A DNA stretch of 63,757 bases, filler included, from Octopus bimaculoides (Eukaryota), in the NCBI RefSeq assembly GCF_001194135.2. It is 7 parts of 6 records of this genome, joined end to end, with 100 filler letters (N's around TTAATTAATTAA, not from the genome) between each part and the next. Parts side by side here need not be neighbours in the genome. Positions count along the whole stretch, not along the records: positions 32,062 to 53,431 come from NC_069001.1; positions 53,532 to 56,321 come from NC_068984.1; positions 56,422 to 62,518 come from NC_068985.1; positions 62,619 to 63,757 come from NW_026425833.1; 3 more parts are not named here. The stretch is one strand, 5' to 3'. Position numbers and translations under genes: made by a program. The notes under the pieces were generated by a model, which made no database searches, was not told the DNA's origin, and worked only from the letters and a program-made list of their open reading frames with translations. Below are positions 49,795-62,619 of the stretch, piece by piece. The number at the start of each line of letters is the position of its first letter. Within the stretch, counting starts at the first letter, position 1.

Positions 49795-51000
49795 ACATGC
49801 ATCCATACACATATATATGTGTGTGTGTGTGTATGTATGTATGTATGCATGTTTGTATGTACGTATGCACGTTTGTATGTATGTATGTCATTTGGGTTGT
49901 CAAATGAATTCGCTCGTTTTTCATATATATTTATAAACATTTCTAAAGTTATTTGAATTAACAGGGAAAACAATTCTTTCATAGCATTTTAAGGTTCTTT
50001 GTAGCTGTATTCTCCGTCTTCAAGTTATGTTTAATATTTTTGAAATTTGAATAAATTAAACTCCTCTTAGACATACGACAATGGTAGAATGTGAAGTACG
50101 AAAAAAAATAACGAACGAAGTTGTCTGACACACACAACTTTATTTGAATTAATTCAAAAAATATTTTATTGCCGTACCTTATGATGTTTTTTTTTTTCAG
50201 CTCTATTCTTCTACTATGTTAGACAAACGTTACTGAATTTTGAATAAATTTTAACTTTTCTCAGACATATGTCTATAAAATGTATTAGATAGAAAAAAAA
50301 TAATAACGTACGAATTTATCTGACAACACTCGTCTATCTATCCATCAATAGATATATATAATTATTTGTCTCAACAATATATAATGTAAAGCTATATTTT
50401 CGTTCTTGTCTTTTTAATAAAAAAAAATAAAAAAAACTTAGAATTAATAAACCCGTTATGTATTAGTCTCAAGCACGAAATTCAATAAAGGAATCACCAT
50501 TTTTTTCGTTTTGTCACAACACTTCTTTCAACTAAAGAAAATATGTTGTAGTTTGCTTTTTATTTCTTCTCAAAATAAAAGTAATAATTAAATAGACATC
50601 ACAAAGATACACAAACAATGGCTAACAAAAGCCAGTGTCCTTTCGTTTGGCTTTGGTTTTCTTTGCGTTTATTTTTTATTTCATTCGATCGAATGTGAAG
50701 ATTATAAAGAAAAACATACGTAAAATGAAGTAAATAGAAAAAAAAAACAGCAGCACAAAAAATGCTATGATAATAATCAATAAATTGTAAATAAATAATA
50801 AGAATTTTAGCCATTGTCTGAAGTACGAAGATATTTTCTATTTTTTTTTTGTCTGTATGAAAAAAAGAAAGCATAATATTCCGTGGAAATACTGTGAATA
50901 GCATATGTGTGTCAGTATATTATATAGCTGTGTGTGAATGTGTGTGTGCATGCGCGCACATGTGTATTCGTATGAATATGAGCATGTATGTATATATTTG

Positions 51001-51066
<66 letters not shown>

Positions 51067-51453
51067 TATTAGCAAAGAGGCTTATGTGTGAGGGGTTGTT
51101 TGGTAATACATTTGATACATATTAGGTACATCCATACACAGGCACGCATATTCGTGTGTGTTTGTGTGTGTGTGTGTCTATGGTACCGAAAGCTTCAGTG
51201 CGTTATGTCAGTTACACTCTGCGCTCTTTTGCCCTAGGCAATGTTGAAAAATTCCTGATTTTGGGTATTAGAATATAGAGGAAGATCAGTTAATTATGAT
51301 TTTATCCAACACATTCCGCTCTCCGATTCACACATTGCAGAAGTCCCTCACTTCCTCTAAGCCCTGTAAAAGAACTCTGATGACTGGCGCTCCAGCTAGG
51401 CCTTCCGCGATAACCTTAAAACCAGTAATTTTTTCCAAAACTCTTCGTATACT

Positions 51454-51520
<67 letters not shown>

Positions 51521-51944
51521 ATATACAGAGAGAGAGGGTAGATATATAGAAAGTTTGATAAAGGACAGATATATATTGTAAATAATTTTTTTCTGTTTTC
51601 GAGTATCCAAGAATATGCTTGTTATCAGAACTGAGATAATTCAATGATTTGCACGAGTAACTTAAAGTATAGATATTTTGGGTTTTAGACTCTTTCTCAG
51701 GAAAAACTAAATGGGATATTTATTGTTGCGAGGCAAATATTCTACTCTCTTGTTTGTACTTACATGTGCGTGTGTAGAATACGATCTTACAATAATTCTG
51801 ATTGACATAGCGTTACTTACTACGTCGGTAACACTTTCACGTTTTTAGAGAAAAAGAGGGAGAAAGAAAAGGAAGGAGAAAAGAGGGAGGGTGAAAGAAA
51901 AGGGAAAAGAAAAACTAGGATGGAGAAAGGAAAGGAATGCTTAG

Positions 51945-52410
51945 CCAGGCTGAATGCTTAGCGGCATTTCGTCTCTCTTTACGTTCTGAGGACGAATTCC
52001 GCCGACGTTTCCGCAAATACTCTTTGGACAAACTAGGTCTATACACAAACACTGAGAGACCATGGTCCAGAATACATATCGACTACGCTGGACCAGTGAA
52101 CTGTGCATACTATCTAATCGTTGCGGATAGCTATACAAAGTGCCCAGAGGTATGCAGATGCAATAAACACACAGCGAATACAACAATATAGTGCCTATTT
52201 GAGTTATTTTCTCGATATGGTGTTCCAGGCACGTTAGTTTCAGATAACGGCATTTAATCCGTCATTCCGTTCTGATTTGAAATTCTGCCGAAGTTGATTT
52301 ACCTTTCATCTTTTCGGGGTCGATAAATTAAGTACCAGCTGGTACTGCTGTCGATGTAATCGATTAACACCATCCCCAAAATTTCAGTCTCTGTGCCTTT
52401 ATTAGAAAGG

Positions 52411-52420
<10 letters not shown>
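51945..52420 (+). mobile_element. SINE family B sequence split around a Gypsy fragment
   Basis: aatgcttagcggcatttcgtc...ttacgttctgag before the fragment; gttctgatttgaaattctgccgaag...tttcggggtcgataaattaagtaccag and an (ATT)n tail after it. Confidence 0.6.
52051..52251 (+). pseudogene. Gypsy/Ty3 LTR-retrotransposon integrase core fragment
   Basis: TERPWSRIHIDYAGPVNCAYYLIVADSYTKCPEV...TI*CLFELFSRYGVPGTLVSDNG. Confidence 0.85.
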
Positions 52421-52462
<42 letters not shown>

Positions 52463-52463
<1 letters not shown>

Positions 52464-52650
52464 GGTGGTGAGCTGGCAGAATCATTAGCACACCAGGCGA
52501 AATGCTTAGTCATTTCGTCTACTTTCACGTTCTGAGATCAAATGCCGCCGGCGTCGACTTTGCTTTTCATCCCTCGGGTTCGATAATTTAAGTACCAGTC
52601 AAATGGTCCACTCCCCACAAATTTCAGGCCTTGTTTCTGTAACAGAACGG
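52463..52650 (+). mobile_element. SINE family B
   Basis: ggtggtgagctggcagaatcattagcacaccaggcgaaatgcttag...gtcgactttgcttttcatcc. Confidence 0.8.
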
Positions 52651-53312
52651 AATATTATTTTTATAACTATTCTCGTTGTTGTTGCTATAAGTTGCAGTAT
52701 TGGCAGTTGTTTTTGAAAACAAGGCCAAAATCTCAATTGGGCTGAGCAGACGCACTAGGGGAGTAGTCCCACAGCATTCACATATAGAACCAATTCACCT
52801 GTCAGAGAATATTAAAACAAACAAAACATTTCAATCCGGAGAGTTCTTCACAAGAAGAAGAAAAAGAAATTATCATTTCTAGCAAATTGGGCGACCACCT
52901 ATCGCTTTTCTTAATAAGCAGGCCTGTCTCCAAACATAAAGTAGACATTATGTAACACTATAATCTCTGACTTGGCACGCATTTCCTGACAGAATTACAT
53001 CCAGAAAGCTGACAATACGGAATTATCACGCTGTAAAGGTTGATTGATGAGGTGATGAACACGTATTGATCAGTACGTGCAGCTATTAATCCTCCTATTC
53101 AAACAGTATCCTATCAACGTTCAAATATCCTTGTCACTTTATATTGTTTAGACTAGTCTTACAGTTACAATCATCTCGACTTTTGTTTAGAAAACTAATT
53201 TCTATAGCGATTCTTCATCTTACCTTGATCTTATGCCTTTACAGGTACATCATAAAGCCTAAAGATTACACCTAAACTTGTATATATATATATATATATA
53301 TAGATATATATG

Positions 53313-53431
<119 letters not shown>

Positions 53432-54658
53432 NNNNNNNNNNNNNNNNNNNNNNNNNNNNNNNNNNNNNNNNNNNNTTAATTAATTAANNNNNNNNNNNNN
53501 NNNNNNNNNNNNNNNNNNNNNNNNNNNNNNNATAAACTCGAATAGTAAGCTCTTTGCTCTTTATAACCGTTTTATGAAGTCACTTTTTTTATTAAAAAAT
53601 TGTCCTCCTCAAAGCGAACGGACTGGTTCTTTTAAGGTCACTCTTGGGTAAAGTTCGAATAGAAAGCTCGAATAGCATAGCTCTCAAATGAAAACCCTGC
53701 AGCTATCAAGAACTTATGAGCATTACTTTTGCATAATACTATTACTAATAGCAATTCACCATACGTAGACATAAAGGAAAAAATTAGCTCATAATAATCC
53801 TGATATAATGACCTGCCTGAATGCGTCCNNNNNNNNNNNNNNNNNNNNNNNNNNNNNNNNNNNNNNNNNNNNNNNNNNNNNNNNNNNNNNNNNNNNNNNN
53901 NNNNNNNNNNNNNNNNNNNNNNNNNNNNNNNNNNNNNNNNNNNNNNNNNNNNNNNNNNNNNNNNNNNNNNNNNNNNNNNNNNNNNNNNNNNNNNNNNNNN
54001 NNNNNNNNNNNNNNNNNNNNNNNNNNNNNNNNNNNNNNNNNNNNNNNNNNNNNNNNNNNNNNNNNNNNNNNNNNNNNNNNNNNNNNNNNNNNNNNNNNNN
54101 NNNNNNNNNNNNNNNNNNNNNNNNNNNNNNNNNNNNNNNNNNNNNNNNNNNNNNNNNNNNNNNNNNNNNNNNNNNNNNNNNNNNNNNNNNNNNNNNNNNN
54201 NNNNNNNNNNNNNNNNNNNNNNNNNNNNNNNNNNNNNNNNNNNNNNNNNNNNNNNNNNNNNNNNNNNNNNNNNNNNNNNNNNNNNNNNNNNNNNNNNNNN
54301 NNNNNNNNNNNNNNNNNNNNNNNNNNNNNNNNNNNNNNNNNNNNNNNNNNNNNNNNNNNNNNNNNNNNNNNNNNNNNNNNNNNNNNNNNNNNNNNNNNNN
54401 NNNNNNNNNNNNNNNNNNNNNNNNNNNNNNNNNNNNNNNNNNNNNNNNNNNNNNNNNNNNNNNNNNNNNNNNNNNNNNNNNNNNNNNNNNNNNNNNNNNN
54501 NNNNNNNNNNNNNNNNNNNNNNNNNNNNNNNNNNNNNNNNNNNNNNNNNNNNNNNNNNNNNNNNNNNNNNNNNNNNNNNNNNNNNNNNNNNNNNNNNNNN
54601 NNNNNNNNNNNNNNNNNNNNNNNNNNNNNNNNNNNNNNNNNNNNNNNNNNNNNNNNNN

Positions 54659-54698
<40 letters not shown>

Positions 54699-55642
54699 CA
54701 CACACATACATATATAATGCTGTTAGAATAAGAACAAGCAACGAATACAAGAGAGAATACGGAAATTCCATCAACCCCACTTAAATTGATTGCAAACAAT
54801 ATTGTTAAACGGTTGGTTCTTACAGAGGAGAGTTAGTGAGTTTTTACTGATAACAAACCTAATATAAAATATAAAATCACAGATGGAATGTACAATGAGT
54901 TCAGTTCCTACATTGAGCTGTAGAAAAAAGTTGATGGATAAGTTCTTCGACCCTTATGTTAATGATAATGAATTATAAGATATACGACAGTGTCCCTCAA
55001 CTTTCCAGTTGTTCTCATTCCACTCTCGCCCTCACTTAGTGGTCAACATCTCTTATGGTATGACTATAACTTAATACGATATTACGATTCTTATTTATTC
55101 CATATTTCATTTTAAATGTTTTCATAAATACATTTTGAAATTGATATTTTCATGTATAGAGGTCGTCGTGTCCCCTTTTTTTATTTCACTCATTTTTCTT
55201 TATTACTCTTTTATTCTTTATTTGTCGATAGAATTCGTCGGAATGCATCCTCTCTTTATTACATGAAAATCAATGGTATCATTAATTTCGCGTTACGGAG
55301 AGAATTTCCAAGGGCGCATTACTTCTGTCAAACGGGATATTTCTGTATTTGAAGAACTTGATTTTTTTCTCCTCAACAAAATTGTATCTTGTTAGCATTA
55401 TAATATCTTCTGTGCGTGACGTCCAATTGATAAGTTAATTATACTTTTGATCTCTCTTGTGAACCGAATTCACTTTGTTATCCATTTAACTTCTCAGCCC
55501 ATTTCATCTTTTACATATGTTCCACTTCCATACAAACAATAACTGTAATATAACTAAACCTGATCTAAGGGAGGCAACTTCTACATATATCATAAACAGT
55601 AATTTACCGTGTCATCAACATTTGACAGTCGTTTCAGAAGGA

Positions 55643-55820
55643 AGACGGCGAGTTGGCAGAAACGTTAGCACGCCGGGCGAAATGCTACGTTATTTCGTCT
55701 GTCTTTACGTTCTGAGTTCAAATTCTGCCGAGGTCGACTTTGCCTTTCATCCTTTCGGGATCGATAAATTAAGTACCAGTTGCGTATAAAAAATTTCGGG
55801 CCTTGTACCTAGAGCAGAAA
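55643..55820 (+). mobile_element. SINE family B
   Basis: ggcgagttggcagaaacgttagcacgccgggcgaaatgc...gagttcaaattctgccgaggtcgactttgcc. Confidence 0.85.
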
Positions 55821-56590
55821 AGTTTGTTCAGAAGGGATTCGCTGTAATGCTATCGGTTGCAAATTTCGATTAATCTTATACAGAACGTTCAATAACGATG
55901 AATCAAACAAGTGCTTGGCAATGGCGAACAGTTATCTTCTATGGTATTGAACCTGTCGAATCAATAATGGTGGTGTCAGTTATACTTTATGACTATGATT
56001 CTGAGTCAATGCTTGAATAACAAAGGGAAGCAAAGTTTTAGTTGCATTAATACCAACACTAGTTCTTAACTCATTTGAACACGCTGAAATCAAATCTGAA
56101 TTTAGTTTTCCTCTATAAGCTCTAGATTTTGTGCTATTTAACTTACTCGCTTTTCTCGAAATCTGGACTCCTTATGTGCTGACATGGCCCATCTGAAAAA
56201 AATTTGGCGATACAGTCTTAAAATTAGACTCAAAATAACCGCATCATACATACACACACTGACGCACACATACTCACACAAACACACACAAATATATATA
56301 TATATATATATGTGTATATATNNNNNNNNNNNNNNNNNNNNNNNNNNNNNNNNNNNNNNNNNNNNTTAATTAATTAANNNNNNNNNNNNNNNNNNNNNNN
56401 NNNNNNNNNNNNNNNNNNNNNATTAATTATTATTCTTAATAAAATCATTGAAGAAAGTGGATTAACACAAATATTACGAAAGGAACTTAACTTTTAGCAC
56501 GTGTATTTGAAAAGCTGAAAATAGTGAAAAGTACTAACACAAAATATACAAACGCACATTTACATACATTCACACATACATACATACATG

Positions 56591-56648
<58 letters not shown>

Positions 56649-56959
56649 CAAGTGGATAAATGTAAAAAAATGGCATTCAGCTCATCTGTTAGGAGTTACA
56701 TGCATTTTTGATAAAGAGTTTGGTTCTGCTCTAAATCGTCCGAGTTGCATGAAGTCGAGTCGAATTGTTATCAAACGGTGTATATGTATATATATATACA
56801 AGCACACACATACATACACATAAATCATGAAATACTTTTTCCAAATATATGTAACTATATGCTGGTGTTTTATAATTTGAATTGATTTAAGTATCATAGT
56901 TATGTATTAATATACGCACATAGTTATGTGTTAATACAAGCACATATCTTAACATAATT

Positions 56960-57089
56960 CACTCACAAGGATTTGGTCGGCCTGAGGCTGTAGTAAGAGA
57001 CACTTGCCCAAGGTTTCACGTAGTGGGACTGAATCTGGAACCATGTGGTTGGTAAGCAAGCTACTTACCACACAGCCACTCCTGCGCCT
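56960..57089 (-). mobile_element. SINE family A, 5' part
   Basis: Reverse complement of ggcgcaggagtggctgtgtggtaagtagcttgc...ccttgggcaagtgtc. Confidence 0.85.
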
Positions 57090-57369
57090 ATATATATTCG
57101 AATATTGTTGGATTCTCATCAGAGACGTCTACATCAATTTGACCAGTCCCCGAAAAACAAGCAGCCAATCTGTTTATATACACGGCAATTACAGTAGTTA
57201 CAGAAAACTGACGATACTAATTTGTATACCACAAGTGTTAACACTTTGTTATAAAAATAAGGGGCCTGTCAGCGGGGATCTCAGCCCACACGGTATCAAG
57301 GCTTAATATATGTAACCTACGTAGCACCTTCACCTTCATGTATATGTATATATGCATACATATGTATAT

Positions 57370-57625
57370 GCATAGCTTAGTGGTTAGGACGTTGCACTCA
57401 CGACTGTGAGATGGTGGTTTCGATTCCCAGACCGGGCGTTGTGTTATATTCTTGAGCAAAACACTTCATTTGACGTTACTCTGCGATCCCTTTGTCATCT
57501 GACATGCGGCACACAGTGCACCTGTGCAGGTAATGTCGATTTGATGAAGGGGTGAGCTTAAGTGAACACGAACATTTGATCACAATAAACAAATCATCTG
57601 TGTGGTTGTTTGGCAACCCCGGGAG
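57370..57625 (+). mobile_element. tRNA-derived SINE, head related to family C
   Basis: A box tagcttagtggttagg and B box ggtttcgattccc, then cttgagcaaaacacttcat. Confidence 0.7.
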
Positions 57626-57690
57626 AGTCTGTGATATATACAGGATGCGGACGGTATTTGAAGACGCATGTATTTTTAATCATTATCTTA

Positions 57691-57891
57691 TTTACTCTTT
57701 TACTTGTTTCAGTCATTTGACTGTGCCCATGCTGGAGCACCGCTTTTAGTCGAGCAAATCGACCCCAGGACTTAATCTTTGGAAGCCTAGTACTTATTCT
57801 ATCGGTCTATTTGTCCGAACCGCTAAGTTACGGGGACGTAAACACACCAGCATCAGTTGTCAAACACAGACACACAAACACAGACACACAA

Positions 57892-57950
<59 letters not shown>

Positions 57951-58116
57951 TACGACAGGCTTCTTTCAGTTTCCGTCTACCAAATCCACTCACAAGGCTT
58001 TGGTCGGCCCGAGGCTATAGTAGAAGACACTTGCCCAAGGTGTCACGCAGTGGGACTGAACCCAGTACCATGTGGCTGGTAAGCGAGCTACTTACCACAC
58101 AGCCACTCCTGCGCCT
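57691..58116 (-). mobile_element. SINE family A, full length, young
   Basis: Complete head, CORE-like segment, central microsatellite and (aaagagt)n tail. Confidence 0.9.
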
Positions 58117-58766
58117 ATGAATATGAATAATTTTTATTGAACTTCTATTTCAGAAAATAATAAATTTGTTTTATTTTATTTAAAATGGTAGCATCAGATT
58201 TTGAAAAAGCAAAAAAAAAAAAAGAAAAAGCAAGAAGAAAACCCAGAAACTTGGCTGCTATTTCTAGCATAACAAACAACCATGAACAGGTACAATGGAA
58301 GGGTCAATTATGGAGTAACACAGCACATTAGTACGTAACGTAGTGTAAGATGTTCATAACGAGATGACACAGTGATATATGTCTGTGTGCGTGCGTGCGC
58401 GTGTGTGGTAAGGTGATGGTGGTGGTGCTGGTGGTGGTGCTGGTGGTGGTAGTGGTGGTGGTGCTGCTGCTGTGTAGCGGTGAGGTTGCGGTAGTGTGGG
58501 ATAAAGCATGAGGGTCCCACGCTTTCTCTATCAATGGAATGACGCGGAACGGTTTGTGAGACAATCATGGTTGACATTTACCGAAAATGAGAATATATAA
58601 TAAATGACACATATACACACACACACATATATACACATATAGATATATACATACTCAAATTAAACAAGGACAACACATTATGCATGTGTCTGTCTCTTAT
58701 TATGAGTGTGTGTGTGTGTGTGTACATGTGTTTACACACACACACATATATGTATGTTTGCATATC

Positions 58767-58800
<34 letters not shown>

Positions 58801-60064
58801 NNNNNNNNNNNNNNNNNNNNNNNNNNNNNNNNNNNNNNNNNNNNNNNNNNNNNNNNNNNNNNNNNNNNNNNNNNNNNNNNNNNNNNNNNNNNNNNNNNNN
58901 NNNNNNNNNNNNNNNNNNNNNNNNNNNNNNNNNNNNNNNNNNNNNNNNNNNNNNNNNNNNNNNNNNNNNNNNNNNNNNNNNNNNNNNNNNNNNNNNNNNN
59001 NNNNNNNNNNNNNNNNNNNNNNNNNNNNNNNNNNNNNNNNNNNNNNNNNNNNNNNNNNNNNNNNNNNNNNNNNNNNNNNNNNNNNNNNNNNNNNNNNNNN
59101 NNNNNNNNNNNNNNNNNNNNNNNNNNNNNNNNNNNNNNNNNNNNNNNNNNNNNNNNNNNNNNNNNNNNNNNNNNNNNNNNNNNNNNNNNNNNNNNNNNNN
59201 NNNNNNNNNNNNNNNNNNNNNNNNNNNNNNNNNNNNNNNNNNNNNNNNNNNNNNNNNNNNNNNNNNNNNNNNNNNNNNNNNNNNNNNNNNNNNNNNNNNN
59301 NNNNNNNNNNNNNNNNNNNNNNNNNNNNNNNNNNNNNNNNNNNNNNNNNNNNNNNNNNNNNNNNNNNNNNNNNNNNNNNNNNNNNNNNNNNNNNNNNNNN
59401 NNNNNNNNNNNNNNNNNNNNNNNNNNNNNNNNNNNNNNNNNNNNNNNNNNNNNNNNNNNNNNNNNNNNNNNNNNNNNNNNNNNNNNNNNNNNNNNNNNNN
59501 NNNNNNNNNNNNNNNNNNNNNNNNNNNNNNNNNNNNNNNNNNNNNNNNNNNNNNNNNNNNNNNNNNNNNNNNNNNNNNNNNNNNNNNNNNNNNNNNNNNN
59601 NNNNNNNNNNNNNNNNNNNNNNNNNNNNNNNNNNNNNNNNNNNNNNNNNNNNNNNNNNNNNNNNNNNNNNNNNNNNNNNNNNNNNNNNNNNNNNNNNNNN
59701 NNNNNNNNNNNNNNNNNNNNNNNNNNNNNNNNNNNNNNNNNNNNNNNNNNNNNNNNNNNNNNNNNNNNNNNNNNNNNNNNNNNNNNNNNNAGTGGTGTCG
59801 ATATCGGTGGTGGTGGTGGTGGTGGTGGTGGTTGTACCACTGATTGTAGTGTTGGTGGTATTGTTATTACTGGTAGTAGTTGTGGTGGTGGTGGTGGTGG
59901 TGATGGTGCCAATCGTTATCGTTGTAGTAATGGCGGTGACCGTAGTTTTAAGAGTAGATTTGGTGGCGGCTGAAGAAGATAGGCGTAATAGTGTCAATAG
60001 AATCGCAGTTGTTGTTGTTGCTGTTGTTGTTATTATTGGCGGTGCTGTCTGGTGCTGGTAGAGT

Positions 60065-60420
60065 CTCTGCTGAAGAAGGACGACAACAAGGAGGCGATGA
60101 TCGACAATTTCCGGTCCATAACTGTGCTAATGCAAACTTTAAGATTTAAGTTTTGGGCGAAAGTTTTTATAAAGAGGTTGGCACTTGTCGTCGGTAAGGT
60201 GGGCGGAAAGGAGTTCAGATCAGTAAGATTTCCGGTAGATCTATTCATCGCAACCTCCATCTCATACGATACCTAGTAGAAAGAGTCGGGTAAGGAACAT
60301 GACTTGGGATACGGGATCGATAGATCGATAGGTTGATGTCTTTGATACTTGACGGTTGTTCTCAGGACAGCTGATTTCATTCCGGTTTTCAGAGCGGGAT
60401 TCATTCACCATCCAGTAACT
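60065..60420 (+). pseudogene. L1/Tx1-clade RT fragment
   Basis: LLKKDDNKEAMIDNFRSITVL...KFWAKVFIKRLALVVG...(GRSIH.NLHLIRYLVE in a shifted frame); interrupted by SINE C at 60421. Confidence 0.75.
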
Positions 60421-60730
60421 GGCACTCCGTCGGTAGCGACAACGGATATTCCAGCTGATCCGATCAACGGAACAGCTTGCTCGTGAAATTAACGTGCAAG
60501 TGGCTGAGCATTCCATAGACACTTGTACTCTTAACGTGGTTCTCAGGGAGTTCCAGAGTGATACAGAATGTGACATGGTTGGCCCTTTGAAATACAGGTA
60601 CAGCTCATTTATGCCAGATGAGTGGAGTGGAGCACCGTGAAATAAAGTGTCTTGCTCAAGGACACAACGCGCCACCGGGAACTGAACTCATGACCTTACG
60701 ATTGTGAACCGAATGCCCTAACCACGAAAC
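60421..60730 (-). mobile_element. SINE family C
   Basis: ggcactccgtcg...ctcgtgaaattaacgtgcaagtggctgagca...gtgtcttgctcaaggacac...ccctaaccac. Confidence 0.85.
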
Positions 60731-61257
60731 CTTGCACCTTCTCCACCGCCCTGTAACATCAACCTCTTAATCACAATAAACGACCATCTTTCAAAATTGT
60801 TTCAGTTCAGACGGTCTATGCATCAAATGTGTTCTCTCTCTCTCACCCCTTTTCTCCCCCCCTCTCTCCCTCTCTCTCCTTCCCCCTCTCTCTCTATCTA
60901 CTTATCTATCCCCTTTTCTCATCACACCTTTGTTAAGGCCCTTAAACCATCGTTGCTGAATCTGGAGGTGTTCAAGGATAAGGTGGGACATGAAAAGGCT
61001 GTATTGAAATATGAGGACGAATTACACTGTCATGGTGTCGAGTACCACTACAATTGTCACTGCAGTGATGGAATACATTATCGTAACACTGTTCATTCAA
61101 ATCCCAGATCAAATATGGTTATCGAATTCTCGTATAAGGCCAGCAATTTCGGGGTAGAGGCTAAGTCGATTACATCGATCTCGGTGTTCAACTGGTACTT
61201 ATTTTATCGACCCCGAAAGGATGAAAGGCAATGTCGACTACGAGGGAATTTGCACAC

Positions 61258-62095
61258 AAGACATAAGAACGGACAAAATGGATAAAGAAAAGAATGCATG
61301 GACAATTTCATAGGGATGTTGAAGATAAGACAGACAGAGAGAAAAAAGATGGCTGTGGATGACTAAAAGTGATTTAAAACCGGAAACAAAGGCTCTAATC
61401 TGTGCTACCCAAGAGCAAGCACTAAGAACCAATTACATCAAATACAGAATAGACAACATATCAGAAATTGATAAGTGCAGATTTTGTGGACAAAATGGTG
61501 AAACTGTATGGCATGTTTCCAGTCAATGTACGCCACTAGCCCAGAAAGAATATAAGAGACGTCATGACAATATAGCAAGGATTGTCTATTGGACACTTTG
61601 CAACAAGTATGGACTTGACAGAGCAAAAAATTGGTACGAACATAAACCCGAAGGCATCATAGAAAATGGTAATGCAAAGATCTTATTTTATGGTGCAGTG
61701 CAACCATGAGATAGATAATAGGAAGCCAGACATAGTGTTAATTGAGAAAGAAAGCAAACGATGCTGGATCATAGATATGGCATGCCCAGCTGGCAACAAG
61801 GTATGTGATAAAGAAGAAAGAAAAGTCGATAGGTATGACAGGTTAGCTTGGGAGGTTAAGAAGTTGTGGTCGCTGAAAACGGTGGTAGTAGTACCAATAA
61901 TTGTCAGAGCCCTGGGAATGGTGTAAAAAAATCTTGAGAAGTGCATGGAACAAATAGGGGCAGCAATAAGGGTGGATCACTTGCAGAAAACAGCACTGCT
62001 TGGAATCGCTCGAATACTCCGGATGATGCTCGAAAAATAAGGAGTGAACAGCTGACACCGTAGCACATCTCCATCGTTAGAAGCTGTGCAAAGAC

Positions 62096-62187
<92 letters not shown>
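61258..62187 (+). mobile_element. 5'-truncated R4/Dong-like non-LTR retrotransposon 3' end (CCHC knuckle plus RLE) with (AAT)n tail
   Basis: KSDLKPETKALICATQEQALRTNY...KCRFCGQNGETVWHVSSQC..LAQKEYKRRHD; NRKPDIVLIEKE...IIDMACP...KVDRYDRLAWEVKKLW...VPIIVRALG...LQKTALLGIARILR; one frameshift and one stop; then (AAT)n at 62097-62187. Confidence 0.9.
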
Positions 62188-62220
62188 GAAGAAGAAGAAG
62201 AAGAAGAAGAACAACAACAA

Positions 62221-62437
62221 TAATCCTTTCTACTAAAGGCACAAGGCCTGAAATTTTGTGGGAGGGGACTAGACGGTTACATGGACCCCCAGTGTTTCAC
62301 TGGTACTTAATTTATTGACTTCGAAAGAATAAAAGGCAAAGTCGACCTCGGCGGAATTTGAACTCAGGACGCGTAACGACGGACGAAATGCCGCTAAGCA
62401 TTTTGCCCGGCGCGGTAACGATTCTGCCAGCTTGCCG

Positions 62438-62438
<1 letters not shown>
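62221..62438 (-). mobile_element. SINE family B, full length
   Basis: Reverse complement of gcggcaagctggcagaatcgttaccgcgccgggcaaaatgcttagcggcatttcgtc...aaatttcaggccttgtgcc. Confidence 0.85.
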
Positions 62439-62518
<80 letters not shown>

Positions 62519-62619
62519 NNNNNNNNNNNNNNNNNNNNNNNNNNNNNNNNNNNNNNNNNNNNTTAATTAATTAANNNNNNNNNNNNNNNNNNNNNNNNNN
62601 NNNNNNNNNNNNNNNNNNT

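Noticed and set aside
53638-53828. Protein-like minus frame GRSLYQDYYELIFSFMSTYGELL...
   Set aside because: Short, abuts a gap and has no recognisable motif; cannot be distinguished from chance.
54826-54835. 10-nt micro-exon candidate (ttcttacAG|aggagagtta|GTGAGT)
   Set aside because: Splice-like motifs alone, not frame-preserving; expected by chance in 60 kb.
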